DNA of 64,000 bases from IMG/VR virus record IMGVR_UViG_3300043077_000092. The stretch is one strand, 5' to 3'. This document shows, piece after piece, positions 9,810 through 20,724 of the stretch (positions are counted from its first letter, which is position 1; every line of letters begins with the position of its first letter). Source of the stretch: a virus (taxonomy: Duplodnaviria; Caudoviricetes). Position numbers and translations under genes: made by a program. The notes under the pieces were generated by a model. It searched no databases and had not been told where the DNA came from. It saw only the letters and a list, made by a program, of their open reading frames with translations.

Positions 9810-11849
9810 TTATTTCACCTCCCTCATTCCTTCCAGCTCTTCGGTTGCACCTTCATAGCTTAAGAATAAGAGTTGGTTGATTGTAGTTGTATTAAGTACC
9901 AAGTTAAGGCATCCCTTGATAACCTCAGTTTCAACCTTTACCGGATGGATAATGCCGTCGTCTAACTGACTGGTAATCAAGTTCCAAGGTTTGTTTTCAT
10001 TCAAGCAGTAAACGATGAGAGCATTTGTATATGTATCCCCATCGGCTACAATGCAGGAACTGTTGGAACTACTTGGTGTTAAGGACATAACCTCATTCAC
10101 CTTATCGGAAATCTCCTGTATGTTTTTATTCATTTCCTCTGTAATCTCATAAAGAGATTTTACGGTTCCGGGGTAATTCTTGATGTCAATGTCATTGACT
10201 ACTCCGTCAGGATAACGGTTGTTTAACATAATCTCCCAAGTATTTACGAAACCATCATAGATGATTCCAAGAATATCCTCAGTGAGTTTTACGTCAATAC
10301 CTTTCTCCTCTTCCGGATTCCATTCCCCGTTTTTGATCTTGTCAAGAAGCTTATTGATCGTTGAAGGAATTGCAATTCCACCGCCCAGTACAACGCCATC
10401 TGTATATGCATTTGCACATGCATTGATGGCATCATCTAAGGCATCTCTCTTCGCCTTTAAGTTACCTTCTCCGAATCCGCCGACATGAATGATACCCATC
10501 TTCAAACGAAGTTTGCCAAGACGAATAGTCTTGAGTCTGATTTCGTCAGTGAACATGCTTTTTGCATTCATATCTTTTCTTGCCTTATTGATTTCGCCCT
10601 GAATAGCATTCATACGCTCTTCCAAAGCTTTGCTACCCTCAATATCTCCAAATCCGGAAACAATTAAGAGTTTGCTGTCAACCGATAATGAATCGCAGAT
10701 ACCTAAGTAATCTGTAATATCAGTGATGAACTTATCACCTGCTCCCTGAACAAGTGTATTCCATTCCTTTAAGTCCTTATTGAACTCAGCATCGTTCTTA
10801 TAATCCTGACGATTTGGTTTTGGAGCCTTTGAGTTCTGAACGAATGTCCGGATAATATCTTCCGCCTCACTATGCTCTCTTGAGATAATGGTTCCACCTG
10901 TAAGGAAACTCAAATCAATGAGCATTTCCTTCTCGATGTTATACTCCGCAAAGTATTTAACCATAACGAGATTCGGAAGAGGCTGATTTCTCTTTGACAT
11001 CTGGATACAAAGAGCATTGTATGCATCTCTGAAATCCTTCTCGAAGTCCGGTGCTAATATAACAAGCTCTCTACCAAGCTTAATGTTAAGCATAGCAGAC
11101 GCTGTAAGCAATGGTTCGAATAAGCTTGCATTTACCGTATAGGAGAAAATCAATATCGCTGGGTTATCCATTGTATATCTCTTATCTCCAAGGTTATTTA
11201 CCTTAAACTCACTCAAGAGTTTTGCAGGGTAATCATAACCGTCACGGTATTCTACGAAGCTGCTTTCCGTACCGGAATTCTGTACACGGATAACCGTGTT
11301 TCCTGTGTTCTTATAGATATCACGTATGAAACCTGCATACTCTTTATCCCAGTCAAGAGATACGCAAGCAATCTTATAGATAATATCTTCCATATTCTCT
11401 TCTGTTACCTGAGTTGCTGAAGCCTTTAACTCCTCGCAGATTTTCTCTACGCAATACTGAATTGTAGAAGAAAGAAATTTGTTGTGAATTTTATTCTCCT
11501 GCTTGTAATCCATGATCAGATTGTTAATTTCGTTAGCCGCAATGAGTCCAGTGGTAGTTCCATCACCAGCACCGGAGTTAATTGCCGTCGATACATCAAT
11601 GATCATCTTTCGGATGATACTTGCAAGCACGCTCTTTGAATAAACAATGCTCTGCTCAACTGACCATCCATCTTTGGTGGTTAGAATCTTGCCACCTTCC
11701 TGATACGCTGTATTCTCACCAAAGGGTCCATATGTTCTCGATACATACTTTGCCATCTGAGAAAATACAGTCCTAGTCAATTCATGTAATTCGTCCCCAT
11801 CAATTACATTTGGTTGTAAATTGATTGTGGGTCTGATATCGTTGCTCAT
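9810..11849 (-). CDS. groEL: Phage GroEL-like chaperonin
   Basis: TYGPFG, TKDG, GAGDGTTT, DAINA...GVVLGGG motifs. Confidence 0.92.
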   Translation of the reverse strand: MSNDIRPTINLQPNVIDGDELHELTRTVFSQMAKYVSRTYGPFGENTAYQEGGKILTTKDGWSVEQSIVYSKSVLASIIRKMIIDVSTAINSGAGDGTTTGLIAANEINNLIMDYKQENKIHNKFLSSTIQYCVEKICEELKASATQVTEENMEDIIYKIACVSLDWDKEYAGFIRDIYKNTGNTVIRVQNSGTESSFVEYRDGYDYPAKLLSEFKVNNLGDKRYTMDNPAILIFSYTVNASLFEPLLTASAMLNIKLGRELVILAPDFEKDFRDAYNALCIQMSKRNQPLPNLVMVKYFAEYNIEKEMLIDLSFLTGGTIISREHSEAEDIIRTFVQNSKAPKPNRQDYKNDAEFNKDLKEWNTLVQGAGDKFITDITDYLGICDSLSVDSKLLIVSGFGDIEGSKALEERMNAIQGEINKARKDMNAKSMFTDEIRLKTIRLGKLRLKMGIIHVGGFGEGNLKAKRDALDDAINACANAYTDGVVLGGGIAIPSTINKLLDKIKNGEWNPEEEKGIDVKLTEDILGIIYDGFVNTWEIMLNNRYPDGVVNDIDIKNYPGTVKSLYEITEEMNKNIQEISDKVNEVMSLTPSSSNSSCIVADGDTYTNALIVYCLNENKPWNLITSQLDDGIIHPVKVETEVIKGCLNLVLNTTTINQLLFLSYEGATEELEGMREVK

Positions 11850-11875
11850 GACACATATTCCTCCTTGTTTTTAGT

Positions 11876-11887
11876 TACCACTTTGTT
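11876..11887 (-). promoter_or_regulatory. Representative late-type phage promoter AACA-N6-TA (16 copies of NACA-N6-TA listed in findings)
   Basis: Recurs shortly upstream of RBSs of structural and replication genes on both strands. Confidence 0.7.
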
Positions 11888-11908
11888 ACCTACAGCATTG
11901 GTTATTAG

Positions 11909-12673
11909 CTAAATAGGTACAGAGATTGTATTAATAGCCAAATTGAACTTTTCTACATAGACTTTATCTTCGTCTGATAATGCAAGTCGATGATAAGTAA
12001 CCTGTTCAATCATCTTATCAAGATCGGTTCTATCTTCTACCATATTAAAATCATAAGTTGGAATAAGAACTTCTGTTAAAGATGAATGGTGTGCTCTTAT
12101 TAATTCATCAACATCTCTTACGTTTTCAAATACGTAAGAATCTACAATTGGTAATACTTCTTTATTCTTTTTACCGACGACTATCTTAACTTTATCAGCA
12201 CCATATCCAAAAAATGATTCTCTAAGGTTATCAAAGATAACTTCAGATTCAAATGGTACGTAAAAGTATATTGTCTTTAACTTCTCATCTTTCATAAGAA
12301 GTCTTAAGGTATTCCCGAACTCTGTTATCTGAATATAATGATCACAGATTGGTTCTGATAATAAGTTTGCGTATAATTGATTAATGTAAGCATCATACAG
12401 ATAGCTTGCATTTGTACTGAGGAATAATTCCTTATCAATCCAGTCTTCAAGAATATTTTGATGTTTTTTTCCAGACAGTTCATGTACTAACCAAGTATCA
12501 TTCTCAGGAGAATCTTCTACAGCAGGAAATCTCTCGTTAAAAAAACAATAAAGACTCTCATCGTTCTTCATTCTTTCTTTTAATTCGTGATACAAGAAGA
12601 GATCGGTATATAGTACGACATTAGTCACGTCTATAAAAAAAGAAGCTCTTTTGTATAAAGTTTTCTGTTGCAT
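11909..12673 (-). CDS. Hypothetical protein
   Basis: 254 aa ORF. Confidence 0.7.
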   Translation of the reverse strand: MQQKTLYKRASFFIDVTNVVLYTDLFLYHELKERMKNDESLYCFFNERFPAVEDSPENDTWLVHELSGKKHQNILEDWIDKELFLSTNASYLYDAYINQLYANLLSEPICDHYIQITEFGNTLRLLMKDEKLKTIYFYVPFESEVIFDNLRESFFGYGADKVKIVVGKKNKEVLPIVDSYVFENVRDVDELIRAHHSSLTEVLIPTYDFNMVEDRTDLDKMIEQVTYHRLALSDEDKVYVEKFNLAINTISVPI

Positions 12674-12744
12674 AATAAATACCTTCTTTCTATAACAAAT
12701 CTTAAGGCGGCTCTAATTTAATTAGATACCGCCTTAGGCACTTT

Positions 12745-13143
12745 TCATCTTTGAAATATCGTATAGGTCTTCGAAGATGAGGTATCGTCTAACCGTAAGA
12801 TATATAATGTCATCCTGTTCTCGGTTTCATCACGGTACTGGATAAATGTAGATCTATCCGTAGCAGATACATCACAGTTAAACTTTTCCTTAATATAAGG
12901 TTTTGCAATCTTGTTTATCCAATGTAAACTACTTACTACGGCTAATGCATCATTTATCGCAGCATCATCTCCGAATACAGGTCCTTCGTACTCTGGTACG
13001 TCAGGGAATCCATCTCTGATATTTTTCATTGTAGTCTCAATCATAAAATCAGCGGCATCCTTATACTTCTTGAATACCGACGGTGTGTATTCCCCTAATA
13101 CGGTTGTATTTGTGACGATATAAACTTCAGGTGTTCCAGCCAT
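12745..13143 (-). CDS. Hypothetical protein (early-type unit)
   Basis: 132 aa, AGGAGG RBS. Confidence 0.7.
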   Translation of the reverse strand: MAGTPEVYIVTNTTVLGEYTPSVFKKYKDAADFMIETTMKNIRDGFPDVPEYEGPVFGDDAAINDALAVVSSLHWINKIAKPYIKEKFNCDVSATDRSTFIQYRDETENRMTLYILRLDDTSSSKTYTIFQR

Positions 13144-13168
13144 TGTAGATTTCCTCCTAGGTATTTAA

Positions 13169-13588
13169 TTAACCATACATAACGATTCTACGATTTCTCA
13201 CGACACCATTATTCTGGTTAAGAATTACTCTAAACGCATTGATGAAGTCAGATACTCCACCGTATGCATCATAAGACGAGAACTTGTAGACGATAACAAT
13301 TCCTGTATCATCACTTCTTACAGGTGGTACATCACCACGGATGCCGAACATATCCATTCTGTCAGCAAACTTTAACATATCCTCGTCATAGATAACATCA
13401 ACATCACTCAACTGATAAGTTGACCAAGTATTGTCAAGACGCATCTTTCTACTGAGGATATTATCAGTTACTTCTTTACGGATAACTCTTTCATCATCCT
13501 CGATTACCTGAGCCAATGTTGCACCATCAATCTGTGATGCTCTCTGAAGAGTCTCTAAGAATTCTTTTACCTCGTTTGTAGCATTCAT
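13169..13588 (-). CDS. Hypothetical protein (early-type unit)
   Basis: 139 aa, AGGAGGTG RBS, TATATATTAAT upstream. Confidence 0.7.
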   Translation of the reverse strand: MNATNEVKEFLETLQRASQIDGATLAQVIEDDERVIRKEVTDNILSRKMRLDNTWSTYQLSDVDVIYDEDMLKFADRMDMFGIRGDVPPVRSDDTGIVIVYKFSSYDAYGGVSDFINAFRVILNQNNGVVRNRRIVMYG

Positions 13589-13703
13589 TATTTTTCACCT
13601 CCTAATTAGTATACTTGATTAATATATAAAGCAAAGGGAGATTAGGGAAATCAATAATCCCCTAATCTCCCTTTATGGTTTTTCTTATGTGGAGTTGTAT
13701 TTA

Positions 13704-14498
13704 CTACTGAGCACCTTCAAACTGAATGTTCAAGTCATCCAGTGAGGTAATCTGATCAGTCGGAGCGTTCATTGAACTTGAATCAAACAGTGATGTCTGA
13801 CCAAATCTTGCCCCTGCTCTCTGAGCTGAATACGGAGTACTCATTTCTGCCCCAACCTTGTTTCCGATAGAGCGAATGTCTCCAATCAGCATATCCTTGT
13901 AAGATTTATCGACGGTTCTGTTGGCATGGTTAAATGCCTTAGAGCTACCATGGATGAAACTCTTTGTATCCTCAAGGAATAAGTAGAGTTCGTTCTCTGT
14001 AATAGTTCTTCCACCGAACTTTCCTGTAGAGTTGTCATAATCTTCGATTACTTCACCCTTACGGAATTCATAGACGATTTCATCCGAACTTTTTAAGGTC
14101 TGAGCATCGATGTTACGAATGAGCTTTGCATATGCAACAACTCCCTGCTTGTCATCTGCTCTTAAACCGATACCAAACTGATTAACTTCTGCCACTGGAA
14201 CAGAGATAAATTTCTCCGTCTTGTTGGCTAAAGCAGGAAGAATCTTCTCCTCAATCTGATTCCAGAGATCGATGCACTTAGGTCTTGAGATACATGTAAT
14301 CCAGCTATGCTGGTAATCGTATCTTCTCTTCTCTGTCTGTTCGTTTTCCGGTAACTCCGGTGTAATGATGAGCTTCAGCATATCTCCCTGATAGCTCCAT
14401 TCAAATGCGGTTGCTTTGATTGCATTTGAGTTAAAGGTGCGGTATCCACGGGTCTGTACTTCACGCACCTGTTCCTGATTATTTTGGTTTGTAGCCAT
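13704..14498 (-). CDS. Hypothetical protein, candidate ssDNA-binding protein
   Basis: Follows the DNA polymerase gene; acidic/aromatic C-terminal tail ITSLDDLNIQFEGAQ; function is inference. Confidence 0.4.
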   Translation of the reverse strand: MATNQNNQEQVREVQTRGYRTFNSNAIKATAFEWSYQGDMLKLIITPELPENEQTEKRRYDYQHSWITCISRPKCIDLWNQIEEKILPALANKTEKFISVPVAEVNQFGIGLRADDKQGVVAYAKLIRNIDAQTLKSSDEIVYEFRKGEVIEDYDNSTGKFGGRTITENELYLFLEDTKSFIHGSSKAFNHANRTVDKSYKDMLIGDIRSIGNKVGAEMSTPYSAQRAGARFGQTSLFDSSSMNAPTDQITSLDDLNIQFEGAQ

Positions 14499-14560
14499 GA
14501 TTGTTTTTATCCTCCTTCATGAATTTTGTAATTCTGTGCAGTTTACCATAAAAACGTATA

Positions 14561-16525
14561 CTATACGTTTAGTATATTAGATGAGTATTCGTTATCACCT
14601 GCTGATATTGTTATAAAGGTTAATGCTTTTAATACAGGATAGAATGTACCAGAGTTTCTAGTTACGATTCTTTCCTCATCAATTACAGGATAAACCCATT
14701 CAGGTATTTTACTGTCATCATTAGGTAAAGCCAAATAACTTACACCCTTTTGTTCAAATTGAGGTATTCCTCCATGGAATATATTCTTCCTTATTATATC
14801 TGCTTCCTTTGGGAAGTATGGAGCCAACTTTTCATCAAGTACCTTTTCATTAGGTATATTGATAAATACGACATCACATTTGTCAGGTACCATAATTACA
14901 TTATCTGGGTTAATAAGGTTCCATAATAAAGGACCTGTAAATGCTCCCTGAGAGTATGGGTCTTTGTAAGACTTTGCAACTTTACAATTCATACGAACCA
15001 AATAAGTTCTCTCACGGTTCTTAATGGATTCTCTGATTTGTCTTTCCAATCTTGCAACGTCTGTCATAAGTTGAACGACATTGACCAATGGATCATCAAT
15101 GATATCGTTCTTTATAATCTTCATCAACTCTTTCTCTATATTAGCATTTACTCCAGCTTTTTTAAAGTCATGACCTTTAAGCTCAATCTTGTGAACCTGT
15201 TTTCCTTCTCTAAGACGGATGTCTGCAATATAACGCTTCTTTACGTTTGCAAGTAATACCTTCGGGAAGTAGAATTCATTCTTTGTATTAAGACGCTTAT
15301 GGAATCTGGGTAATACGTTACAATCATCTGCGTATCTATCAAGTAATTCTCTAGCCATTCTAGTTACTAAGTAAGCTAGAATGTTTACACTACAGAACTG
15401 CATATCTTCTTCTCCCATAGAAGAAACTGAATGATTCCATACATTATCCTTTGTCCAATCTACCCAAGGCTTAATGTTAATTACATTACTATCCGTATCA
15501 ATAAGGATAACCCTTGTTCTTGGGTCATGTTTTAATCTGTCAATCTGCTCTGTATAAGCATGATTGTAGAATACAAATTCTCTACAGTAATCCCATATAA
15601 ACTCCAAATCTTCTTTTATATTATCGGGAATTTCATTTGGGTTTCTAAATGCAGTTGTTACATCATAGATGCGAATGAGTCTTGATTTAATCATATCATT
15701 TTCTACAAACGCAAATAGATTGTTTATATAATAGAGCCTAGTCAAATCTTCTACATCTCTATTTCTTAAGAGGTTTCTTATAGTAGGCTCATAGCTTTCT
15801 TTGTAATCAAGAAATTGACTCTTCCAGAGTTTATATACAATTTCAGGATCAGTAATCGGAGTTAATCCATTGATGGATAGATTTCTCTTATCCTTTACAA
15901 GAACATTTCCAACCAATGTGACTAATTCTCCTAGAGATTTGAATTTAACCGCATTATTCAAGAAGGCTTCGAATGCCATAGCGGTTGTTGAAATAAGGGA
16001 CTGAGCAGTACCAGTTGTACTTGCCGCAGTATATACGTTATATAATTGGAATGTCTTTGCACCAAATGCTCCATAGATGGCATTAATCTTAACCTTAGCC
16101 TCCATCTGCATCATTTCATAATACTGGTACTCATAAGATGTTGTATCTCCATTAGGACCGATGTAAGTATCTCTAATCTTCTGGTACTCTTTACGAGCAG
16201 CAATTCGTCCATCGATAACATTTTGAATTGGAGATTTCCTTATATCCTGATTATAGAAGAAAGTTCCATCACCAGCAGCGATTGGTCTATTTTTATAATA
16301 CCAATCATATAACTTGAGTAAGTCAGTTTTAATTCGCATGTCATCCTGATAATCGTTATGCAAATATGCATTATGGATTTCCATATGCTCAGCAGCGATA
16401 TCAGATAAAATACTTCTTAGCACCTTTTCTTCTGCCTGAGGATATTGAAGTTTAAAGTATATTACGTTATCTTCAACCCAGTCATGAAAGAATCTCGATT
16501 GTGCTAATATAGTTTGGTCTATCAA
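14561..16525 (-). CDS. Family B DNA polymerase, subunit carrying motifs B and C
   Basis: KVKINAIYG (motif B), LIDTDSN (motif C), KKRY, ELKG; TTG start after AGGAGG. Confidence 0.85.
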   Translation of the reverse strand: MIDQTILAQSRFFHDWVEDNVIYFKLQYPQAEEKVLRSILSDIAAEHMEIHNAYLHNDYQDDMRIKTDLLKLYDWYYKNRPIAAGDGTFFYNQDIRKSPIQNVIDGRIAARKEYQKIRDTYIGPNGDTTSYEYQYYEMMQMEAKVKINAIYGAFGAKTFQLYNVYTAASTTGTAQSLISTTAMAFEAFLNNAVKFKSLGELVTLVGNVLVKDKRNLSINGLTPITDPEIVYKLWKSQFLDYKESYEPTIRNLLRNRDVEDLTRLYYINNLFAFVENDMIKSRLIRIYDVTTAFRNPNEIPDNIKEDLEFIWDYCREFVFYNHAYTEQIDRLKHDPRTRVILIDTDSNVINIKPWVDWTKDNVWNHSVSSMGEEDMQFCSVNILAYLVTRMARELLDRYADDCNVLPRFHKRLNTKNEFYFPKVLLANVKKRYIADIRLREGKQVHKIELKGHDFKKAGVNANIEKELMKIIKNDIIDDPLVNVVQLMTDVARLERQIRESIKNRERTYLVRMNCKVAKSYKDPYSQGAFTGPLLWNLINPDNVIMVPDKCDVVFINIPNEKVLDEKLAPYFPKEADIIRKNIFHGGIPQFEQKGVSYLALPNDDSKIPEWVYPVIDEERIVTRNSGTFYPVLKALTFITISAGDNEYSSNILNV

Positions 16526-16700
16526 GTTACCACCTCCTATATATGATTAAACAGTTGTCAATTAGCTCATAAGATACCAAAGGTATAGTTAGCTTTATAG
16601 ACTTTGGATTAATATATTTATCAGCATTTGGTTAAACTGCACCAATTGTCTGTCTCAACAAAATTGTAATGACTTTTTATCTCAAAGGAGGGACAGTTTT

Positions 16701-17309
16701 ATGGCTACTTTTGAAAGTGCAAATACTGATACATCTACATCAGATAGTCAAGTAGTTACGGCACCTCTTAAATCACAAGCCGCTAATTCTGGATTACCCA
16801 TCATGAGTATACCTGTGGTTGAAATCGACGGGACACTATATCCAATTATTCTTACGAATATGGTATCTGGCGTTCTCCCAATTTCCAAAGGTGGTACAGG
16901 ATTAACGTCTCTTGATGGTGGAAGGTTATTGGCTTCTAATGAAGACGGTACTTTATTGGAAGAGATCGATGTAAACGTACAATCTTTCGCTGGACTTCGT
17001 GGAAACATTGAAGATAGACTGAGTAAAACAAGGCGATATGTTGTAGATATCCCGACTTCTGGTTGGACAAAGAATCCTTCTGGTGATGGGTATTATCAAT
17101 CTTTCGCTGTAGATGGAATGACTGGGTCTGACAATCCAGTTGTTGGATTAGTCTCATCTGCAACAACCGACGAGGCACTTAGATTGGAAAGAGTATCGTA
17201 CGGGTACATGGATAGCATCATCACCGATAAGAACAAAATTACGGTGTACTGTTTTACAGAGGTTCCAACGAACCCGTTTTCTATTAGTGTCAATTGCACT
17301 GGTGCTTAA
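16701..17309 (+). CDS. Putative virion fibre/decoration protein
   Basis: GVLPISKGGTG fibre-type motif; beta-rich C-terminal half; late-type promoter. Confidence 0.5.
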   Translation: MATFESANTDTSTSDSQVVTAPLKSQAANSGLPIMSIPVVEIDGTLYPIILTNMVSGVLPISKGGTGLTSLDGGRLLASNEDGTLLEEIDVNVQSFAGLRGNIEDRLSKTRRYVVDIPTSGWTKNPSGDGYYQSFAVDGMTGSDNPVVGLVSSATTDEALRLERVSYGYMDSIITDKNKITVYCFTEVPTNPFSISVNCTGA

Positions 17310-17365
17310 ATAGAACGGCTATCAATTAACAAAACAATAAACTTTTAGAAAGGAGGTCAATAGCA

Positions 17366-17959
17366 ATGTCCAATCTCAGTAGTTTAATACAGGGTGAAGG
17401 AGTACAGCTCGGTGATACAACATTCGAGAGTATGACTGAAACTGATATGGCGAATTTGCTTGCGATCGCAATCACAGAAGCTTGTGAAGAAGATGAAGTG
17501 GAGAAAGTGGTTGCAGAAGAACAGACTGGTGTATTGTTAGAGGGGGTTACTCCTGATGACGCACCGATTCTTGAAGTATCTATTGTACGTCTGGACAAGA
17601 AGGCTAAGAAGCAGAAAGCTTACAAGTTAGCCATCTTACAGTGTGCAAAGGATGATGACAATAAGGATTACAAGAAGCTGGAGACAATCTGGCGTATGGA
17701 GAAGTTCCTTCTTCGTAAGCTTGAAAAGAAATATGCTGCCCGTGCAAGAAGCCGTATGAAGCAGACTGCAAACAAAGCAAATGGAAGTCATCCGGCAATC
17801 AAGAAAGCAAAGAATGTGCTGACTCGTTCTCAGAAAGAGACCAAGAAGGCATTAGCTGGTGACACTAAGCCACCAACACAGGTAAAGTCGCAGTTTAATT
17901 CAATTGCGGCAAAGCTTTCTGGAAAAATCAACAATCAGGCTACACCGGCGAAGGTGTAA
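17366..17959 (+). CDS. Putative head protein with acidic N-terminus and basic C-terminus
   Basis: Late-type promoter 17328-17339; TFE-S, ITE-A, LLE-G candidate cleavage sites. Confidence 0.55.
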   Translation: MSNLSSLIQGEGVQLGDTTFESMTETDMANLLAIAITEACEEDEVEKVVAEEQTGVLLEGVTPDDAPILEVSIVRLDKKAKKQKAYKLAILQCAKDDDNKDYKKLETIWRMEKFLLRKLEKKYAARARSRMKQTANKANGSHPAIKKAKNVLTRSQKETKKALAGDTKPPTQVKSQFNSIAAKLSGKINNQATPAKV

Positions 17960-18121
17960 AGTGATCAAATCGATCCCACTAGGAATGAATGAGAGACTTT
18001 TAGTTCCCTCATTCATTCTTTTATTGATATATTAAGAAAATGGAATTGTGATAGGAATGTATGTGATTTTGTGACGTTTCTCACAAATCTATATAAGCAT
18101 GAAAGCAAGGAGGTAAAAATC

Positions 18122-20413
18122 ATGATTCTAAAGGAAGGGTTAGAAATCTATGATGATTTCGACATCGACAAAATTGATGAAGGATTAACACCAGAGGCTA
18201 AAGAGATCATGAAAATGTTAGACGACAAAATATTCGTCATTGATGATGTCATTGATGAGGGTATGCGTCTGGGAGATGAGAAACATGATCCCGAATATTA
18301 TAAGGAGTTTTATCAGGACTTCTATAACAAGTTAATCCTCAGTGAGCTTCACGGGTTTGAACATAAAGAATTCCGTGAGCATCCAGTTTATTTTAAGTTT
18401 CACAATGACCCAAATGAGGAATTGAAGCATTTGGAATTTCGGCACTTTGTGCTGAACTTAGCATTTTGGTATCCGATGGTCACAGCAGATCCATCCACTC
18501 TCTGTGATGAACATATCGTGACAAAGCCAATGATGCGTAAATTAAGTACGGGATTTATCGCAGCTTATATGAATAAGTATTATGCGAAACCGTATGCAAA
18601 GAAGATTGGTTATAGAACCAGATCAGAAACATTCGCAGACACAAACTTTCTTCTTAATAAGATTCCATTAAAGTTCAATGACTTCATTGGATTATCTATT
18701 TCTATAGAAGAACTCCGTGATATGTCAAGAAGAATGCCTGAGTTCAATGAAGGTCTGTATGTACGTATTGACGATACAAAGCAGCCTGCTGAACAGGAAG
18801 CCCAGAAGCATGAATTTGATAGAAAACAGATTGGTCTTATTGAGAATGATGAAGAACTTACGACTCTTAGAGCAATGGTTGGGGCAAAGGCTGTAAAGAA
18901 TGCCCAGCTTGCAGAGTTCGTATCAATTATCGGTAATAAGCCGAATGAAGATGGTGTTACGATTTCGACACCAATCAACAACAACTATACCACTGGTAAC
19001 TTGGCATCTATTCCAAAGTATTATATCAATAATATCTCTGGAAGAAAAGCGGCAGTAACAAACCATGAATTCATGGGTCCGGGTGGTTATGTATTAATCC
19101 TTGTCGCATTACTTAGTGCTCAGGTAAAATTGAGTAAGACAGTATGTGACTGCAAGACATGTAACCCAATCCCGCTTAAGATTCGTTCAAAGACTCATCT
19201 TAAAAATCTGAATGGTCGTAGATACAGATTCAATCAGGCTGATAAGTATAAAATCATCGACTTTGAGAAAGATGAAGATTTGATTGGGCAGGATGTATGG
19301 GTTCGTTCACCTATTACTTGTGCGGCACCCGATGGTGTATGTAGAGAATGTTATGGTGAACTCTATTATACGAACAAAGATCTGTATTCGGCTGGATGTT
19401 ATGCAGCGTTTACCCAGATGAACCCGATTGTTCAGGGTCTGTTATCTGCAAAGCATTTTCAGGGAACTTCATCAAAGATGATTGACTTTGGTGCAGACTT
19501 TGAGAAGTACTTTATTATCGCTACGACGGATATCATTCTTAATCCTGATTTAGATGACATGGAACTTTATTCATTAGTCATCTTAGCAGATGATTTGGAA
19601 TCTTCTGATTATAGTAGCGATGATGACGATATCGAGAAGAATAAGAAGTTTGGTAACGGTAAGAAGAAAAAGAAGAAATCTGACGAAGAGGGATTTGATG
19701 ATGACGACATGGGAGATTACACCGATGATGAGTTAGAGTATCGGTTAAATTACTATGTTCCAAAGTTCTATGTCGTGAAGAATCTCCATAGTAAGAAACG
19801 TGAGATTATGGATGTTACCGAATTTATTGATCCAAATACGAAAGAATTATATATGCATGATGATTTACTTATGCGTATGACAGAAGGGTCTGTGGATTTG
19901 TTCGACCATAAGACCTATTATTATCTTGACTTTGAAGATATCTCTTTAGAGGAGTTTGTATTTATGGTTGACGTTAAGAATAACGAATTGACCGCTCCAA
20001 TGAAGAAGATACAGGCACTTATTCACAATCAGAACCATGCGGGTGCGACTTCTTATGAAGAGATGGCTCAGATGATGCTTGACCTTACAATTGAGTCTAA
20101 GATTGATGCCGCAGCGGTTCATGGTGATATGATTATTAGACAGTTAATTCGTAGGCCTATGGCTCAGCAGAGAAGACCGGACTTCTCAAGAATTGTAATG
20201 CCAGAGGATTACGTGATGTTGTCTGTACTTGTTGCTTTGAAACAAAATCCATCATTCTCAGTTTCTATGAGTGCATCATATCTGAAGTATCAGTTAGTTC
20301 AGCTTACAAGTACATTTGATAAGTATGAATCATCTGATCTGGATTGGTGGTATAAACGTAATCTTGAGATTGATGAGAATAAAGTGTATTACGGGGAAGA
20401 AAGTACAGACTGA
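18122..20413 (+). CDS. Multisubunit RNA polymerase beta-prime-like subunit, C-terminal half (probably non-virion RNAP)
   Basis: RSPITC...VCRECYG zinc site; QGLLSAKH; no DFDGD; AGGAGG before ATG 18122; early-type motif upstream. Confidence 0.85.
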   Translation: MILKEGLEIYDDFDIDKIDEGLTPEAKEIMKMLDDKIFVIDDVIDEGMRLGDEKHDPEYYKEFYQDFYNKLILSELHGFEHKEFREHPVYFKFHNDPNEELKHLEFRHFVLNLAFWYPMVTADPSTLCDEHIVTKPMMRKLSTGFIAAYMNKYYAKPYAKKIGYRTRSETFADTNFLLNKIPLKFNDFIGLSISIEELRDMSRRMPEFNEGLYVRIDDTKQPAEQEAQKHEFDRKQIGLIENDEELTTLRAMVGAKAVKNAQLAEFVSIIGNKPNEDGVTISTPINNNYTTGNLASIPKYYINNISGRKAAVTNHEFMGPGGYVLILVALLSAQVKLSKTVCDCKTCNPIPLKIRSKTHLKNLNGRRYRFNQADKYKIIDFEKDEDLIGQDVWVRSPITCAAPDGVCRECYGELYYTNKDLYSAGCYAAFTQMNPIVQGLLSAKHFQGTSSKMIDFGADFEKYFIIATTDIILNPDLDDMELYSLVILADDLESSDYSSDDDDIEKNKKFGNGKKKKKKSDEEGFDDDDMGDYTDDELEYRLNYYVPKFYVVKNLHSKKREIMDVTEFIDPNTKELYMHDDLLMRMTEGSVDLFDHKTYYYLDFEDISLEEFVFMVDVKNNELTAPMKKIQALIHNQNHAGATSYEEMAQMMLDLTIESKIDAAAVHGDMIIRQLIRRPMAQQRRPDFSRIVMPEDYVMLSVLVALKQNPSFSVSMSASYLKYQLVQLTSTFDKYESSDLDWWYKRNLEIDENKVYYGEESTD

Positions 20414-20436
20414 AAAATATTAAGGAGGAAGTATTT

Positions 20437-20724
20437 ATGATTAACGTAACCGTAGATAGTGCATCGGAATTACTATGGATACAAGATATACTTAGTATTG
20501 GCACTATCAACTGCTGTGACCCTCATATTCTTCTGGAGTTGGGTTGTGATTTACATCAGACTGTTCACTTTGAAAAATCAGAGAATTTCGTTGATGATTT
20601 GACGGGTAAACTGAGTGCATTGTTGAACAAGCAATTGGGGGAACTAACCGAAGATAATATGAATTGGATGTCGAATGGAAGTTGCGGAGAAAAAGATAAT
20701 AAAACGGAAGGGGTTGTAGTTTGA
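20437..20724 (+). CDS. Hypothetical protein
   Basis: 95 aa, AGGAGG RBS. Confidence 0.65.
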   Translation: MINVTVDSASELLWIQDILSIGTINCCDPHILLELGCDLHQTVHFEKSENFVDDLTGKLSALLNKQLGELTEDNMNWMSNGSCGEKDNKTEGVVV

